Assembly: GCF_006345805.1 (NCBI RefSeq)
Contig: NC_043010.1
Span: forward strand, 32,240,001 to 32,304,000
Length of the DNA stretch: 64,000 bases
Source of the DNA: Octopus sinensis
Taxonomy: Eukaryota
Direction of reading: 5' to 3'
Shown: positions 49,561 through 63,379 of the stretch, piece by piece
Numbering within the stretch: position 1 is the first letter of the stretch
Layout: each line of letters opens with the position of its first letter
Position numbers and translations under genes: made by a program
The notes under the pieces: generated by a model
The model's database searches: none
The model's input: the letters and a program-made list of their open reading frames with translations, nothing else
Told to the model about the DNA's origin: nothing

Positions 49561-52500
49561 TCTTGTGGGATCTGCAAAACTCATGGGTACTGCCCTTCAT
49601 TCATCATCTTTTATCAGTAATAATAAAAAAAATAACAATAATTAGCTGATTGGCTCAGATTTAGGATGAGCATGTGATCAATAAACTTAACCTAAGAACT
49701 TGACTTAAATTTATTTCATTCCCCACTGGATGATTGAAAATCAAAGTCAACTTCAGCTTGATTTGAACTTACAACTGAAATACTGCAAAACATTTAGCTT
49801 ATCTCTGTCCTGATTTTAAATCATGATGGTGGTGAGAGTAGCGGTGGTGGGGGTTGTGGTGGTGATAGTGGTAGTAGTGATGTGGTTGTGGTGATGATGG
49901 TGATGATGGTAATGATGGTTGTTGTGGTGACAGTGGTAATGATGGTGGAGATCGTTGTCGTCATGGAGAAGAAGATGACAATGGGAAGGTGTATACTACT
50001 AAGTAGGTTGTATGTAAATGATGCATAATCTACTAAGTAGGAATGCTGTTTCTTATTTTCCAACAATATTTGATGAAAATTGATGATACCCTTGAGAATC
50101 AGAATACTATCTATTGAAAATTCTGTATTCCTCTCTCTTGCTCTCTCTCACGCACACACACACACACACACACACATGCGCATACACATACACATAAACA
50201 CAAACAGACACACACATGGAATTCTGAACAAACTTTTCCTTAAAACTTTGATTTCTCTAAACTCAACACGACTTTTGTGAACTTAGCAAAAGTCAAAGAC
50301 TTTAGAATAAATTGATCATAGTTAATATTGTCATGTCTACTCAGGTCTTTATCATCATCATCATCATCCTCCCCATCATCATCACCCTCATAATCAGCAT
50401 TGCTACTATCATCCTCACTCCACCACCATCACTATTTATCATCGTCATCATCATCTTTGTTAGTTGATATTTGTAAAAGCTGTCTCTGATCATCAATCTA
50501 TTTTGGTATGAGCCCGTGAGGGACCTTCTATGTTGTTGTTTTGACCTGTTAGAAATAGAAACCAAATTTCTTTCAGACCAAACAAACTGTCTTAAAAACA
50601 AAACAGAGGGTAGTGTAGTTTAGAGTATGCTGTGTTTTAAAACAAATAGGATGGCTATGACTAGAATGATTATGATTATAGTTCTGATTGATCAGTTCTT
50701 TGAATCTAAAAATTTTTCAAGCTAGGGGAATAACAAAAATGAAAGATGTTTATATTTGTTCTTCAAGATTCTCATGTTAAAATAGATATGATTGTGGCAC
50801 TTTAGGAGCATCATAATGCCAACTAAAACACACACACTGGTTTTAATTCTTTTCAGCTTTATGAACTATTGATCAGATAATTAAATTAATTCATTGATTA
50901 AGTAGCTATAGACACCCCAGCATTAAATGTTTTTCATTATTTAATACTATTCTTTGCATTCCAATGTCAAATTTCATCAGGTTTGACTGTCATTCATTTA
51001 CTTAAAGTCAATAAAATAAGTACCAGTAATATACTGTGTCAATTTGATTGATTGTAGCCCCCCCCCCAAGTTTTATTGCCATATGAGTAATGAGTACATT
51101 CTCTGTTCTGACCTGACTACTTATTTTTAATTATAAAATTCTTATTTATACATATTTTGGCAAACACAGTGCATAAGTGTATATCCAGCTGGTCAAGGTC
51201 ATGCAATAGATTCAGTCCTCTGCTACATTTAAACAAGGCAAATTTTGAAATAATTATGTATTTGAATATAAAAGGTATGCAAAAATCAAATATTTATTAT
51301 CAACATAACTAGAGAACCACTGAACTCGAACTGTTTTAAATACCTGCTGTAAGTAATGGTTTATAATGTCATTTGTATGGAGGTGCTGAACCATTGGATT
51401 TCATCAAGGGCATAATTAACACAACAGCCTACTAAGAGCTCACAGGCTATATTTTGTGATGCAGTATTTCTGTTCTCATAAAATTTGGGACCTACACACT
51501 GTGCCAAATCAACAGCCACTACTTCTTTTGTTGATCATCACATGAATGTTTCCTTGGCCAGGTAACTCAACTAACTTGTAGTTACAAAGAAGGCTAAAAT
51601 GCTTACGAGCAATGAGACAAACCTGAAAGTTGCTACTGAAGTCACCTAGGTTTCCATCACATCTGAGGAGTGCTAGTTGGGTCCCTATATGCCTTGATAT
51701 ATTGGGACAATCATTGAAACCCAAAGAGTTCCAACCAACTACAAACTGCCATTTTGTAACGTTCACCTCTGAATATTTAAACCAACTTACTCAATTCTAA
51801 TGGCAGGTTCTCCATGTTCATATGATTACATTCTAATAATTTGAGATATTAGATTTTTGAGGATCCATGCATAGAAATCAGAGCTGTTAGATTACATCAA
51901 AAAGATATTGGGAATAGATTATTTTAGATTTTGTGATTCTTATACATTTGGGAATTTTCACATTCTGACTTAACTGGCAACAAATATCAAAATTCTGCTT
52001 AGTATTCTAATTTTTGGATGCTTCACCCTGTGTGTGTGTGTGTGTACATATATCTATGTATGTATCTATGCATTTGCATATATAAGTATGCAGATGTGTA
52101 TGTATGTGTATATATACATGCATGTATGTATATATGCATGGTGTGTGGGAGATGATGGTAATATATGGTAATGAGACATGGCTATTTGATGTAGAGGAGT
52201 TGTGATGGCTGAAGAGAACTGAATCCAAGCTAGATCCATTTGATGTAAAACGTGGTTTGTAAGACAGACACAACATCCTAGATAAGGTAGAGAAGAGTAT
52301 GGTCAGTTACACCTAACCAGTACTTAGTGGGGTAAGTGTAATTGAAAAATGAAAGGCAAAGTTCACCTTGGAACAATATGAACTTATAAAATATAAGCAT
52401 AGTGAATCTATGTATTTCTGACATTAATATTGACTTAGAAAAAAGGTGAAACATTGTTTAGGTGAGAGAATGGCTGAATATAAAATGTATGGTATGAGAG

Positions 52501-53177
52501 TGGGTATGCAGGAGAAATGCTGGTATTGGTATCCACATCTGATGTAAATGACAAGGGATAGGGGAAAATAATAATATTTTTGGTCGTGAAAATTTGGGAC
52601 CAAAAAAAGAGTAAGAAGGAGTAATGAGGTCAAGTCCCAGAATCGTAATGAAAATCTGGAATGATTGGTACTGGAATTTATATTGTCCAACCTATACAGA
52701 GCAGCATGAAAAACTGACTAATATGTATATATATATATGAGGTCTGATCAACTCTATGTATACATTGAAAATTCTCTTTTTATATATATATACAATGTAA
52801 AGATATGAGAAGTTTTCATCAGAGTAACTCAAACTAATAGGTATGCACACTGAGTGCTCAATTTGCTATGCCACTAAAATTCTAGTTTGAACTGCAATTG
52901 AACATGTCATTTTGTGACTACCTTTCTCAAACAGCTAGAAGTGACTTCCCTTTGAGCCAGTAGGTATAGATTAAAGCAGAAATGTAAAAGCAAACAGTTT
53001 GGCAAGATTTGACAAGGACATTTAATTTAACTGTATAATAAAAAGATATACATAGTTTCTAACAACTGTTTCTAGAATATTCCAGCTATTGGAACATCGT
53101 GTCAAGTAAAGATTCCAAAGGCTGAATATTCCGTCATTGGAGAAGAATAGGTTAATCCTCATCAACATATTATTAGT

Positions 53178-53498
53178 GAGGGCGCGTGGCTTAGTGGTTA
53201 GGGCATTCGGCTCATGATCGTAAGGTTGTGAGTTCGATTCCCGGCGACGCGTTGTGTCCTTGAGCAAGACACTTTATTTCACGTTGCTCCAGTCCACTCA
53301 GCTGGCAAAAATGAGTTGTACTTGTATTTCAAAGGGTCAGCCTTGTCACTCTCTGTGTCACGCTGATTATCCCCGAGAACTACGTTTAGGGTACACGTGT
53401 CTGTGGAATGCTCAGCCATTTGCACGTTAATTTCACGAGCAAGCTGTTCCGTTGATCGTATCAGCTGGGACCCTCGTCGTCGTAACCGGCGGAGTCTT
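53178..53498 (+). mobile_element. tRNA-derived CORE-SINE (family D), young, intact Pol III boxes
   Basis: A-box tggcttagtgg 53187-53197, B-box gttcgattcc 53232-53241, CORE-like tgtgtccttgagcaagacacttt. Confidence 0.88.
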
Positions 53499-53500
53499 TA

Positions 53501-53629
53501 ATTATTGTGGTTCATTTTGTCCTGAAAGGGATGAGAAACCAATTAAAAATCCAATTCAAAACCAATTAAGAATCTGATTAATTGGAGTTTTGAATTGGTT
53601 TTCTCCTCTCTTTCATGAACCACTATAAT
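53501..53629. mobile_element. Small imperfect palindromic MITE-like element
   Basis: attattgtggttcat...atgaaccactataat ends plus inner gagaaaccaatt/aattggttttctc arms. Confidence 0.55.
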
Positions 53630-54333
53630 ATCAATGATGAGGAATATTCTTCCACTGTTATGTATGCATAACCTATCCCTCTTTGATGATGTTATTCTTG
53701 GCCTATGGAATCCTCACTCGACATGATGTTCCAATGGTTGGGATATTCTAAAAACTGCTGTTATAGATGGTGTATACCTTTTATTATATAGCTAAATTGA
53801 AAGTCCACTTCTTTCCATATTTACTGAGGAATTTTCAATTACTTACTGGTTAGAGTAGTTTATTTCCCACATTATGGAACCCTTATTCTCTGAATAAAAG
53901 AATTATTCAGTTATTTAAAAAAAATTATACTCATTAGCAATAAATATATTCTTTGTTTTCATGTGTTTTACACGCATGATACTGAGAACGGTAAGATATC
54001 ATGAGATTTTTTTATGGGAATATATGAATATATTCTATGTTCTGCATGTGAAAATGTGTTATGCATTTTTCTAATGGATTCTTTGGCAGGTACATTTTCT
54101 TATTGTAGTGTTCCTCATACTTTTTCTTAGGTTGTACTACAACTACTACTCTCACTCAGTTGCTTGACTTATCACAGCATGAAATTCAGAGTTATGGTTG
54201 AAAAAAAAGATTCAACTTCTCATAAAATATTCAAATATACACTTTAAATTTTTTATATTGAGTACTTTTTCTTCACTTGTAAAAACAAGAGTTCACAAAT
54301 ACCTCACCATATGTATGTATACATATATACATA

Positions 54334-54413
<80 letters not shown>

Positions 54414-55059
54414 TCAAGGATACACACTCATATAAAGATGTGTGTGCATTAATCATCTGAATAACTTGATTATCAGACTTATCTTGCAAATTACCAATGT
54501 CTATATATAATATCAAATGAAACAAAATTATATTTCACTGGTGTTTACCATTTCTTTATTCAGTCCCACTAGGCTTGATTATAATATTTTGCTATCTTCC
54601 ACCCTCTATTTCATTCACTCTTCCATATACACTCTCTCTACATTTCTCTTTTTCTCTCTATCTCTAGCTCTCTCTCCATCTATCTTTATTTCCTAACATT
54701 AAAAAAATTTAATATTTGCACTTTATTTACTTATTTATTGTTAATATTTCTACAATACCTTTATCAAATATGTACTTACACATATACTTGCTTACCTACA
54801 ATTATGCACTCATTCATACACATATGTGCACGTGTATGTGTGTACATATGTGTTGTTCAACAGGGCAATGGATTAAGTCTACTACTCACAAACTTGGAAC
54901 CAAGAAATAGTAACAAATAAACAAACACACAGACATATACACTCATATCTATACAAGCACACACACATATACGTATACATATATATGTGTGTGTTTGTAG
55001 TGTGTGTATGTATATGCATGTGTGTTTGTGTGTGTGTGTAAAATTTCCTAAAATGTACT

Positions 55060-56180
55060 GTAGTTTATATTGTAAGGAAGATCTGAACTCATCAAGAAAT
55101 TGTAAAGGTCATAAATTAGATAGATTTAGATAAAAGTTTGGTTAAATTATTTTAGGACTTAATCTTATCACTGTTAATTTTCTTGACACAACATTAAGAC
55201 TGGATAATGATGATTTCAGACCATATTGCAAATCAAATATAAAGTTAGTATACATACATAGACAATTGAATTTTCCACCTTATACTTGGAAGAACTTGCT
55301 TAACCATGTTAGCAAACTGGTGTCCTTGATATTTTCCAATAAAGATGCTTTTATGGGAACAGTTGGGTATTATAATGCAGCACTAAGAAATAGTGGGTTC
55401 TTCAGAAGATTAGATACATAAAAACAACACTGGGAGCACACTGCATATGAATAGGAAAAGGAACATTTTATGGTACGACTTACCTGACAGTAAGAGCTCC
55501 ATAGCTAGGGAATTCTTCTATTTAATAGATCATTTTCTATCATGGCATAAGTATAATTATCAATTGGATAGGAACTGTGTTAAAGTTAGTTATTCAGTTT
55601 GTGAGAATTTCAGGAATTATAGCATAAATTAAATAGTATAAATTAAATTAGAGATAAAACCACTAATATTTATATATAGAACACACACATACATTATATA
55701 TACATATTTATATATAGAACACACACCATAAAGCTGAATGAAAGAGGCAAACAGCTGGTCATCAAATGTCTGCAACTGTATAATTTGTGTGAATTGCCCC
55801 CTAGACGGTAACTGTCTGTGAGTAGTTAGTATACAGTGCCAAGGTTGAATCAAAAACAGAGATGAGCCTAAAATATATACTGGGGTAATGGAACTAACAT
55901 TCAAAAGCCGTTTTTACAAGCACAGACATTCATTTGTAAGCTATGATATAAAAATGTGCTATGGCTCTGTTGAAATTTATATAGTGTTTTACAAAAGTCA
56001 AATCTTCATTAAATCAGAATTACCTGATTGATTGTAGATAAAGCACAACCATACAGGAACAACGGCTTCAAATTAAAAATGTGGTGTAAAATTTATTTGA
56101 GCAAAAAATAAAAAATTTTGATTCAAGGCAGTTACAGTTTGAACAAAAGAACTGAAATATTAGGGCCTTATATGCATAGA
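55060..56180 (+). mobile_element. Hydra-type PLE 3' part (RT thumb to endonuclease), decayed, interrupted at about 55625-55735
   Basis: VNFLDTTLRLDNDDFRPYC; YYNAALRNSG; RKRNILWY; NCVKVSYS; LPLDGNCL; KIYTGVMELTFKSRFYKH; IVDKAQPYRNNG; LNKRTEILG. Confidence 0.85.
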
Positions 56181-56316
56181 AATAAGTATTTTTTATGTAA
56201 ATACCAGCTTCTTTGAATTTCACCCTGGTTTTGAAAAAACAAATGGTTGGTTTCAAAATGCTTAACTGTTAAATGCTTTAATATGTGGGGGTGTATATCA
56301 ATTGGGTATATGTGTA

Positions 56317-57576
56317 CGAGGGGCGTTCAATAAGTAATGCCCCTGACCCACTTGCAGTTGTTTGATCTAGCTGAAATTTTGCATGTGCACTTATTTATAC
56401 CTCTATAGATTAGGTGGTGAATTACTAATTGTGGTTTCTGATTTACAGGTGTTTGAACTGAGTCAAGTGTGAAATGGAGCCTGTTGAGTGTCGAGCAGTG
56501 ATCTGGTTTTTGTATTTGAAAGGACGCACACCACGGGAGACTTTTGATGAAATGAAAGTAACTTATGGTGATGATGCCCCATCATATGACCTTGTAAAAC
56601 GCTGGCATTGTGAATTCAAACATAGTCGGAACTCTGTGGAAACAGCTCCCAGATCTGGTCGCCCCCTTCTGCCGTTGATGAGACATCTGTCCGTCAAGTT
56701 AAGGCTGCCATTTTGGAAGGTCAATGCATAACTATTCGCCAAATAGCCCATAAGGTCAAGATTAGTACCGGGTCTGTGGAAACTATCATTCATGACCATT
56801 TGCATATGCAAAAGGTGTCTGCCAGATGGATTTCCAGGTTGCTCACACCTTTCCAGAAGCAAGAACGCATTGAGTGCTCGAGGATGAATTTGGAGATGTG
56901 CCAAGAAGATGAGTCAAAATTTTTCAAAAGACTGATCACACAGGATAAAACCTGGGTCCATCACTATGATCCATAGACCAAAGCCCAGTCAATGCAGTGA
57001 AAGCACCGTGACTCACCTCCTCCAAAGAAGGCAAGGGTGCAGCCCTCTGCTGACAAGGTTATGCTCACAGTCTTCTGGGACCAGGACAGAGTAGTGATGA
57101 CAGATTTCCTGGCAAAGGGTACCACAATTACAGGAGCCTATTATGCTTCACTTTTGAGGAAATTAAGAGAAGCTATCAAAATCAAGAGGCGGGGCAAAAT
57201 CAGCAAAGGCATCCTCCTCCTGCAGGACAACGCTCCGGTCCACAACTCGCGTGTTGCCAGATCAGAAGCACGGGCGTGCAGCTATGAACTCCTCCCCTTG
57301 CACCCTCTGATTTTCACCTCTTCCCAGCCATGAAGTTGATTTTGAAAGGAAAGCGTTTCCCAGATGATGCAGCCTTGATTTCTGAAGTCACGTCGTGGTT
57401 GGAGGACTAAGCTGGGGTCTTCTACAAACACGGTCTCCAGAGCTGTATCAAACGATGGGAGAAATGCATATCTCTGGGTAGTTCCTATGTAGGAAAAGAC
57501 TAATAACTGTGCCAAGTGTCGTTGCTCTACTGCTATGGGAAGTGGGTCAGGGGCATTACTTATTGAACGCCCCTCG
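56317..57576 (+). mobile_element. Full-length mariner (1260 bp, irritans/Himar-like) with perfect 37-bp TIRs and TA TSD
   Basis: TA|cgaggggcgttcaataagtaatgcccctgacccactt 56317-56353 and exact reverse complement 57540-57576|TA. Confidence 0.95.
56474..57503 (+). pseudogene. Mariner transposase, disrupted
   Basis: MEPVECRAVIWFL..SGRP; LITQDKTWVHHYDP; KVMLTVFWD; LLQDNAPVH; frameshifts, in-frame stops and a deletion in the YSPDLAPSD motif. Confidence 0.9.
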
Positions 57577-58404
57577 TATATATAGATATGTGTATCTGAA
57601 TTCATACATATACAATTGCATGAATATATATGTGTATATAATATATTAAAGAATATTTTACATTTGTATGTGCATAATAAGTGTGCATATGTGTATATTT
57701 ATGCATCTGCACAGGTGTATGCAAACACACTTTTTTGCACAGTCATTGTTTTTAAAAATATCAGTTAAAAGTATTAAATATATTTTAAAAATGTATTACA
57801 TTACTTAAAAAGCAACACAATTTCATGAGGAAAGTTATTAAAGTGACTTCATTTGTATGAAATTTAAGACGTTAAGAATATTTCACAAAAATCAGAAATG
57901 AAATCAAAATTGGGAGTTGAAGCAATGTTTTTGCATGTGTTGTTCACAAGGTATTTTTCTTAACAAAAGAACATAAACATAAGCATTTTCTTCTAATTTT
58001 CATTTCATATTTCAAAAACATGTTGCAATGGTCAATATTTCTAATGAAAAGCAGGCTCAGATAATCAGCTGATGAACAGTTAAAAAGCAGAGAACAGTTA
58101 AAATGCATCAATGAATATTCTACATTTGTACTGAGTTCTGTGATTTATTGATTCTGGTGAATCAAAATATATATAGTCCAATGATTGCTTAGCTGGCCAA
58201 AACTTTGAAGTCACTGTCAATTCTACTCTTGTTAAAGAATGATAATTTTGAACACTACAAAAATATGGAGTCGCCCTTCAGATCCATCTAAAATTGTTTG
58301 CATTGTAACTGAACATAAAAACAGACATTGATTTATATATATATATATATATATACTAGCTGAAGGTGACCCGCTCTACGCGCGGGTAAGAGTGTGGTTG
58401 TTAC

Positions 58405-58722
58405 TTTCTGTTGCTTCCTTTCAGCACGTAAAAAGCACCATCCGAACGTGGCCGATTGCAGCGCCGCCTTGACTTGCTTCTGTGCCGGTGGCACGTAAAA
58501 AGCACCAACCGATCGTTGCCGCTGCGAGCCCACCTGGCACCTGTGCCAGCGGCACGAAAAAAGCACCCACTACACTCACAGAGTGGTTGGCGTTAGGAAG
58601 GTCATCCACCTGTAGAAACACTGCCAGATCAGACTGGAGCCTGGTGCAGCCTCCTGGCTTCCCAGACCCTGGTCACACTGTCCAACCCATGCTAGCACGG
58701 AAAATGATGATGATGATGATTC
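58405..58722 (+). mobile_element. RTE 3'UTR nested in the Helitron
   Basis: Three minisatellite units and (GAT)n tail. Confidence 0.85.
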
Positions 58723-59536
58723 TCCGTATTTGTTTCTCTCTCCTTTCTCTCTCACTTTCCCACTCTCTTACTTTTCTTTTCTCTCGGACTCTCCCTCGCT
58801 TTCTCTTACTCTCTATCTTTATCTATCTCTCTCCCATTTATAAACAACAGAAGATCTTGAGTAAGTTGAGAAATAAAATATTTAGAAAGATCAATCAGAA
58901 ATATGAGGCAGTGGCAATGGAAAGGTCTGCTTTAAGGCAGACAGCAAAACGCTAACATTTAAAAGGGACAGACAAACTTGTGAGCTGAATAAAAATAATA
59001 AAATATTGGAAACCAAAGTTTGAAGGGATAGAATCTGAGGATAGTAGAGTCACCATGGCTGGCATTTCTTATCGACGGACAGCAACGTAGTGACAGTTTA
59101 ATGGCTGGCGTAAAATTTTGAACTTGATGTAAAAGAAAATTCGTAAACACCAAGTTTTGAAGTGATTCTTTCTCACGACAGTAGACTCACCATGGCAAGC
59201 ATTCAAAACTTCTTTATCATGGACAGCAACACATTGACAATTAAAAGGCTGGCGCAAATTTTTTAGCTTGATGTAACAGAGAATTCCTAAACACCCGCTC
59301 CTTGAAATTTTAATCCCCTTCCAGCCCCATTTAGACCCCTTTTCACATTTTGGTTAATATAACCCGATTTCATTCGGGTCTACTGGGGCCACATTTTATA
59401 AGATGAGGAATTTTGTCCTAGAGGAAAAAAATAGTTGTCATGCAAACTTGCCAGCACTTTTAACATAGGTGTGCATATTTTCAGCTGAATCGACCGACTA
59501 CGTAATGCACACATTATATATATATATATATATGTG

Positions 59537-59578
<42 letters not shown>

Positions 59579-59870
59579 CATGCATTATATATACAAATGT
59601 ATACAAATGAGATATATATCTGTATAAATTAAATTAGAGATAAAACCACTAATAGGCAAATCAAACAGTGAAAAACCAAAAACAAAAACATTTTTTAAAA
59701 ATATATAATATAGAAAATATATAAAATATAAAATTGAAAAATTTAAATTATTTAAATTGAAAATAAAAATTATTAAATTATATTCATAATTTGTTTAAAA
59801 ATATATATAACTATGAAAAAGTATGAAAAAGTTTAATATACATAAATAAAGGTATATACACTTTGTATAT

Positions 59871-60112
59871 ATACATTATATATACAAATTTATATATAGA
59901 ACACACACACACATACATTATATATACATATTTATATATAGAACACACACACACACACACATACATTATATATACATATTTATATATAGAACGCACACAC
60001 ACACACACACACACACATACATTATATATACATATTTATATATAGAACACACACACACACATACATTATATATACATATTTATATATAGAACACACACAC
60101 ACACACACACAT
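59871..60112. repeat. Minisatellite: 31-bp constant unit + variable (CA)n, five copies
   Basis: atacattatatatacatatttatatatagaa at 59871, 59913, 59961, 60017, 60061. Confidence 0.9.
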
Positions 60113-60522
60113 ATAAATGAATGCAAGAATATCTGATTCATAATATTTGTTCTTATGATTTTGTGTTGTTTGGTAGCGATGATAATTCTCCCTATGAATG
60201 CAAACAGATACATCAAAGAAAGCCGCCTGACGAACTTATAAAGGGAAAGTGAAAGGGAGTTGAGGGGAATACATTAAATAATGGGAGTAGCATTCTCAAA
60301 GTTATTAATGAAGGGGAGTAAGAGAGGGAAAGGAGGAAATAGGGTGAGTGAGGAAGATGGCCCCTAGCAACCACACCTTTTAAGCTAGGGATTTCTAAGG
60401 TAGCCCATGAGCATCGTCACCTCATTCAACATGTCCCTGTAAATTTTGGAGCGAATCGGACGGGATGTAGTGGCATTGAAAGCGATCCAAGCGGTAAAAA
60501 CGCATTTCAGTTTTATATATAG

Positions 60523-60555
<33 letters not shown>

Positions 60556-60631
60556 ATTATATATATATATATATATAGATGTACTTGCATAGCAAGTGAT
60601 TTGATCTGAGATTGTGTGCTGAAACGAAAAC

Positions 60632-60913
60632 AATTGCAGCGTGGAAGGTGTTTGTAAGCCATTTAAGAAACACACAAAAGCCGTTCAATTCACTTCAACA
60701 TTTAAGTTTAATTTGTCAAAATATTTTCATCACTAAAATCCGCGACCTGTTCACTGACAAAAATCCGTGCTGCATCTCGGATTTTTGTCAGTGAACAGGT
60801 CGCGGATTTTAGCGACGAAAATATTTTGACAAATTAAACTTAAATGTTGAAGTGAATCGAACGGCTTTTGTGTGTTTCTTAAATGGCTTACAAACACCTT
60901 CCATGCTGCAATT
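60632..60913. repeat. Long near-perfect palindrome (136-bp arms, 10-nt loop); fold-back/MITE-like
   Basis: Arms 60632-60767 and 60778-60913, loop tgctgcatct, four mismatches. Confidence 0.95.
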
Positions 60914-61051
60914 ATATATATATATATATCCATCCTTGACAGTGATATATTTTGTTTGTGTGCATTTTTGTGTGTATACACACACACACACACACACACA
61001 CTTACTTATATATCTATATATATTATAGATGTATGCATGTATGTATGTATG

Positions 61052-61106
<55 letters not shown>

Positions 61107-61127
61107 ATACATTGATATAGATATTTA

Positions 61128-63130
61128 AAATTTTGACTCAAGGCAGTAACAGCTTGAACAAAAGAACTGAGGTTTTAGGGTCTTGTAAGCATAGTCCTAG
61201 ATACACCTGGCAATACACTCTTAAAAGACATCAAAACTCACTATATGTACATATTGTATATCTCTTAACAGCCATGGAGTTATATGACCTGGGATACTCA
61301 ACAAAAAATGTCCCAACTTATCTAATGAGCTTTTCATGGAGATCCTGCTGGAGATGATAGATCTTGTCTAATGAATAAGATAGAAAGCCTTTTCTTCAGC
61401 CAAGCTAAGCCACTTCAGAATCTAAACACTTTATTCTTAGATCAAGTCACCACACAAGATCAAGGAGCTTGAGGCCTTTAAATGTGACTTCTTTAATATC
61501 ATACTCTAGCTGAAATTCCAAAAGTCCTCTACTTCTTTCCATAGTAAACTTAGGACCGATGTTCATGAACTTCAGACTTCTGATAGGACCTAATTTTTTA
61601 TCAGACATGACAAAGAATTTGTATAGAGTAGATAACATTACACATACACAGCTACTCAACAACAGCATCACACAAATATATTAGAAGGCAATCCTTCAAG
61701 ACTTTGAAACTAAAGAAATAGCTTAACCATGAAGCCAATGAAATCCCTTTTAAACTAGGCATCATGGATAGAGTAGAGACCCTAGTATTAATAAGATACC
61801 TTTATAACAATTAAAGACCACAAACCAAACTTTGCCTCTAACTCTCAAATGTCATTTGATCAACCCTCTGAATTCATAGATTGACTTGGTAAGCAAGTAA
61901 CTGATCAAGAGGATCAATGATGACAGGAGAGCCTCTAGCCTCACCTTTTGACACAATACCAGTGTGGCCAATCACATGGTTTAAAACCAATTGCAGTGCA
62001 GTTGACCAAGGATTATCCAAATCAGTATAGGGGATTTTTACCTATATATACTGAGGGAGCATTGCATTTTGCTCAGACCTACACTGAGATTAGTGATGAG
62101 ACCATATTCATTTTAGGGATTAGTCCAGGCCAAGTACTTAGACTCAAAAGGTTTCAATGTAATGATAGATGCCGTCAAAAGTGCTGATGTGGCAGACCTT
62201 ATTGGCTTTTTTTTCTTGGATTTATTTAAGAAGAAATTTCCCTCTACTAGATTTAGCCTCTTTAGAGATAATGATTTGACAATGGTTACACACTCATTAG
62301 GCTTACGAAGAACCTAAACCATACTCTGAATTCTCTTGGCTAAACTTAAGATGGTTCTATTTCTTGGTGTGACCCTTGATATAGACTCTTTTCAAAGCCA
62401 AATGAAAGGCTAACATACATTAACACACCTTATCCATCCATAGTGTTCAGGAACCTAGTAGAGAGGTTCAGTAGAAGAATCTCTAGTCAGTCTTCAAGTT
62501 AAGAGATTTTTTATGATGCTGCCAGTGGTATTAGGGATGAGATTAGTTATACATATGACCCTAATCCCACTAAGAAAATGCTACTGGAAAGTGTTGTGGT
62601 TCACCCACCATTCTAAATCATAAAAAACTTTTTTGGTTAAGATTTTTTTTAGCTTAGTGGATAAACTCTTTCCTCATATGAATAGGTTCTGTAAAATATT
62701 TGACAGAAACACTTTGAGAGTTTCTTTTAGCTGTGTGCTCAATATAAAGAAAATATATGTCTCACACCTGAGACAGAGGCAGGATGTTCATGCAGAGGCA
62801 CCTTCATGTCCCTTTAATACAAACAAACAGTTGCATTTTAGGTGGAGGTAATGTCAGAGGACCCTAGCATTCAGTGAAATGTAAGGAGGTATGTGTTCTT
62901 TCAGAATCAGATTTAACAAAAATGAGTCCTCCTATAATATCCAGGAGAGACACGATGTCACAATTCTGCCTAGGCCTTTATGGTTGTTGAAGGAATACAT
63001 CACAGATTACATCATGTGGAGAAACCTGGCAAAATGCAAGCTTTATTTTAGCAGTTGCAGAAAGTGCAAGATATGCCTAGCCAAGAGTAGAATTATGTTA
63101 AAAACCTTTTTCCATTGAGATACCTAATTG
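61128..63130 (+). mobile_element. Decayed full-length Hydra-type PLE preceded by the C-terminal stub of an upstream tandem copy
   Basis: Stub SLNKRTEVLGSCKH at about 61150-61200; ATG 61274 MELYDLGYSTKNVP; ELEAFKCDFFNII; IKDHKPNF; LFRDNDL; FCKIFDRNTLRVSFSC; CRKCKICLAK. Confidence 0.85.
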
Positions 63131-63379
63131 ATCTGCAGGAGTGAAATTTTTTATTGATCTCCACATGAGAGAAGATTCATGGTTGCTTACCTACAGGCTC
63201 CATTATGCTTATAAATGCTAGGATCTCCATAAATCAGTTGTTTAAAAATTACAGATAAGAATTTTACTTTGTGCTTAATAGAAGCTTAGATACTTTACAT
63301 CGCAATAGTTAATCATTTACTTATTATATTAAACACTTTAATAGGAATTAACCTTATTATATAATAATTTTAAAATTAT

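Larger units (their letters stand above)
58356..60523 (-). mobile_element. Non-autonomous Helitron with both termini (about 2.2 kb)
   Basis: Minus strand 5' A|TCTATATATAAAACTG at 60523 (alternative TC at 60579); 3' hairpin acccgc/gcgggt (58369-58387) + CTAG|T at 58356; inserted in (TA)n. Confidence 0.8.

Noticed and set aside
51780-51840. Possible 42-nt minus-strand exon ending in a gtaagt donor
   Set aside because: Poor acceptor, no homology recognised; chance donors are common in AT-rich DNA.
53178-53250. tRNA gene
   Set aside because: A and B boxes are present but there is no acceptor-stem closure, and the sequence continues into CORE-SINE body.
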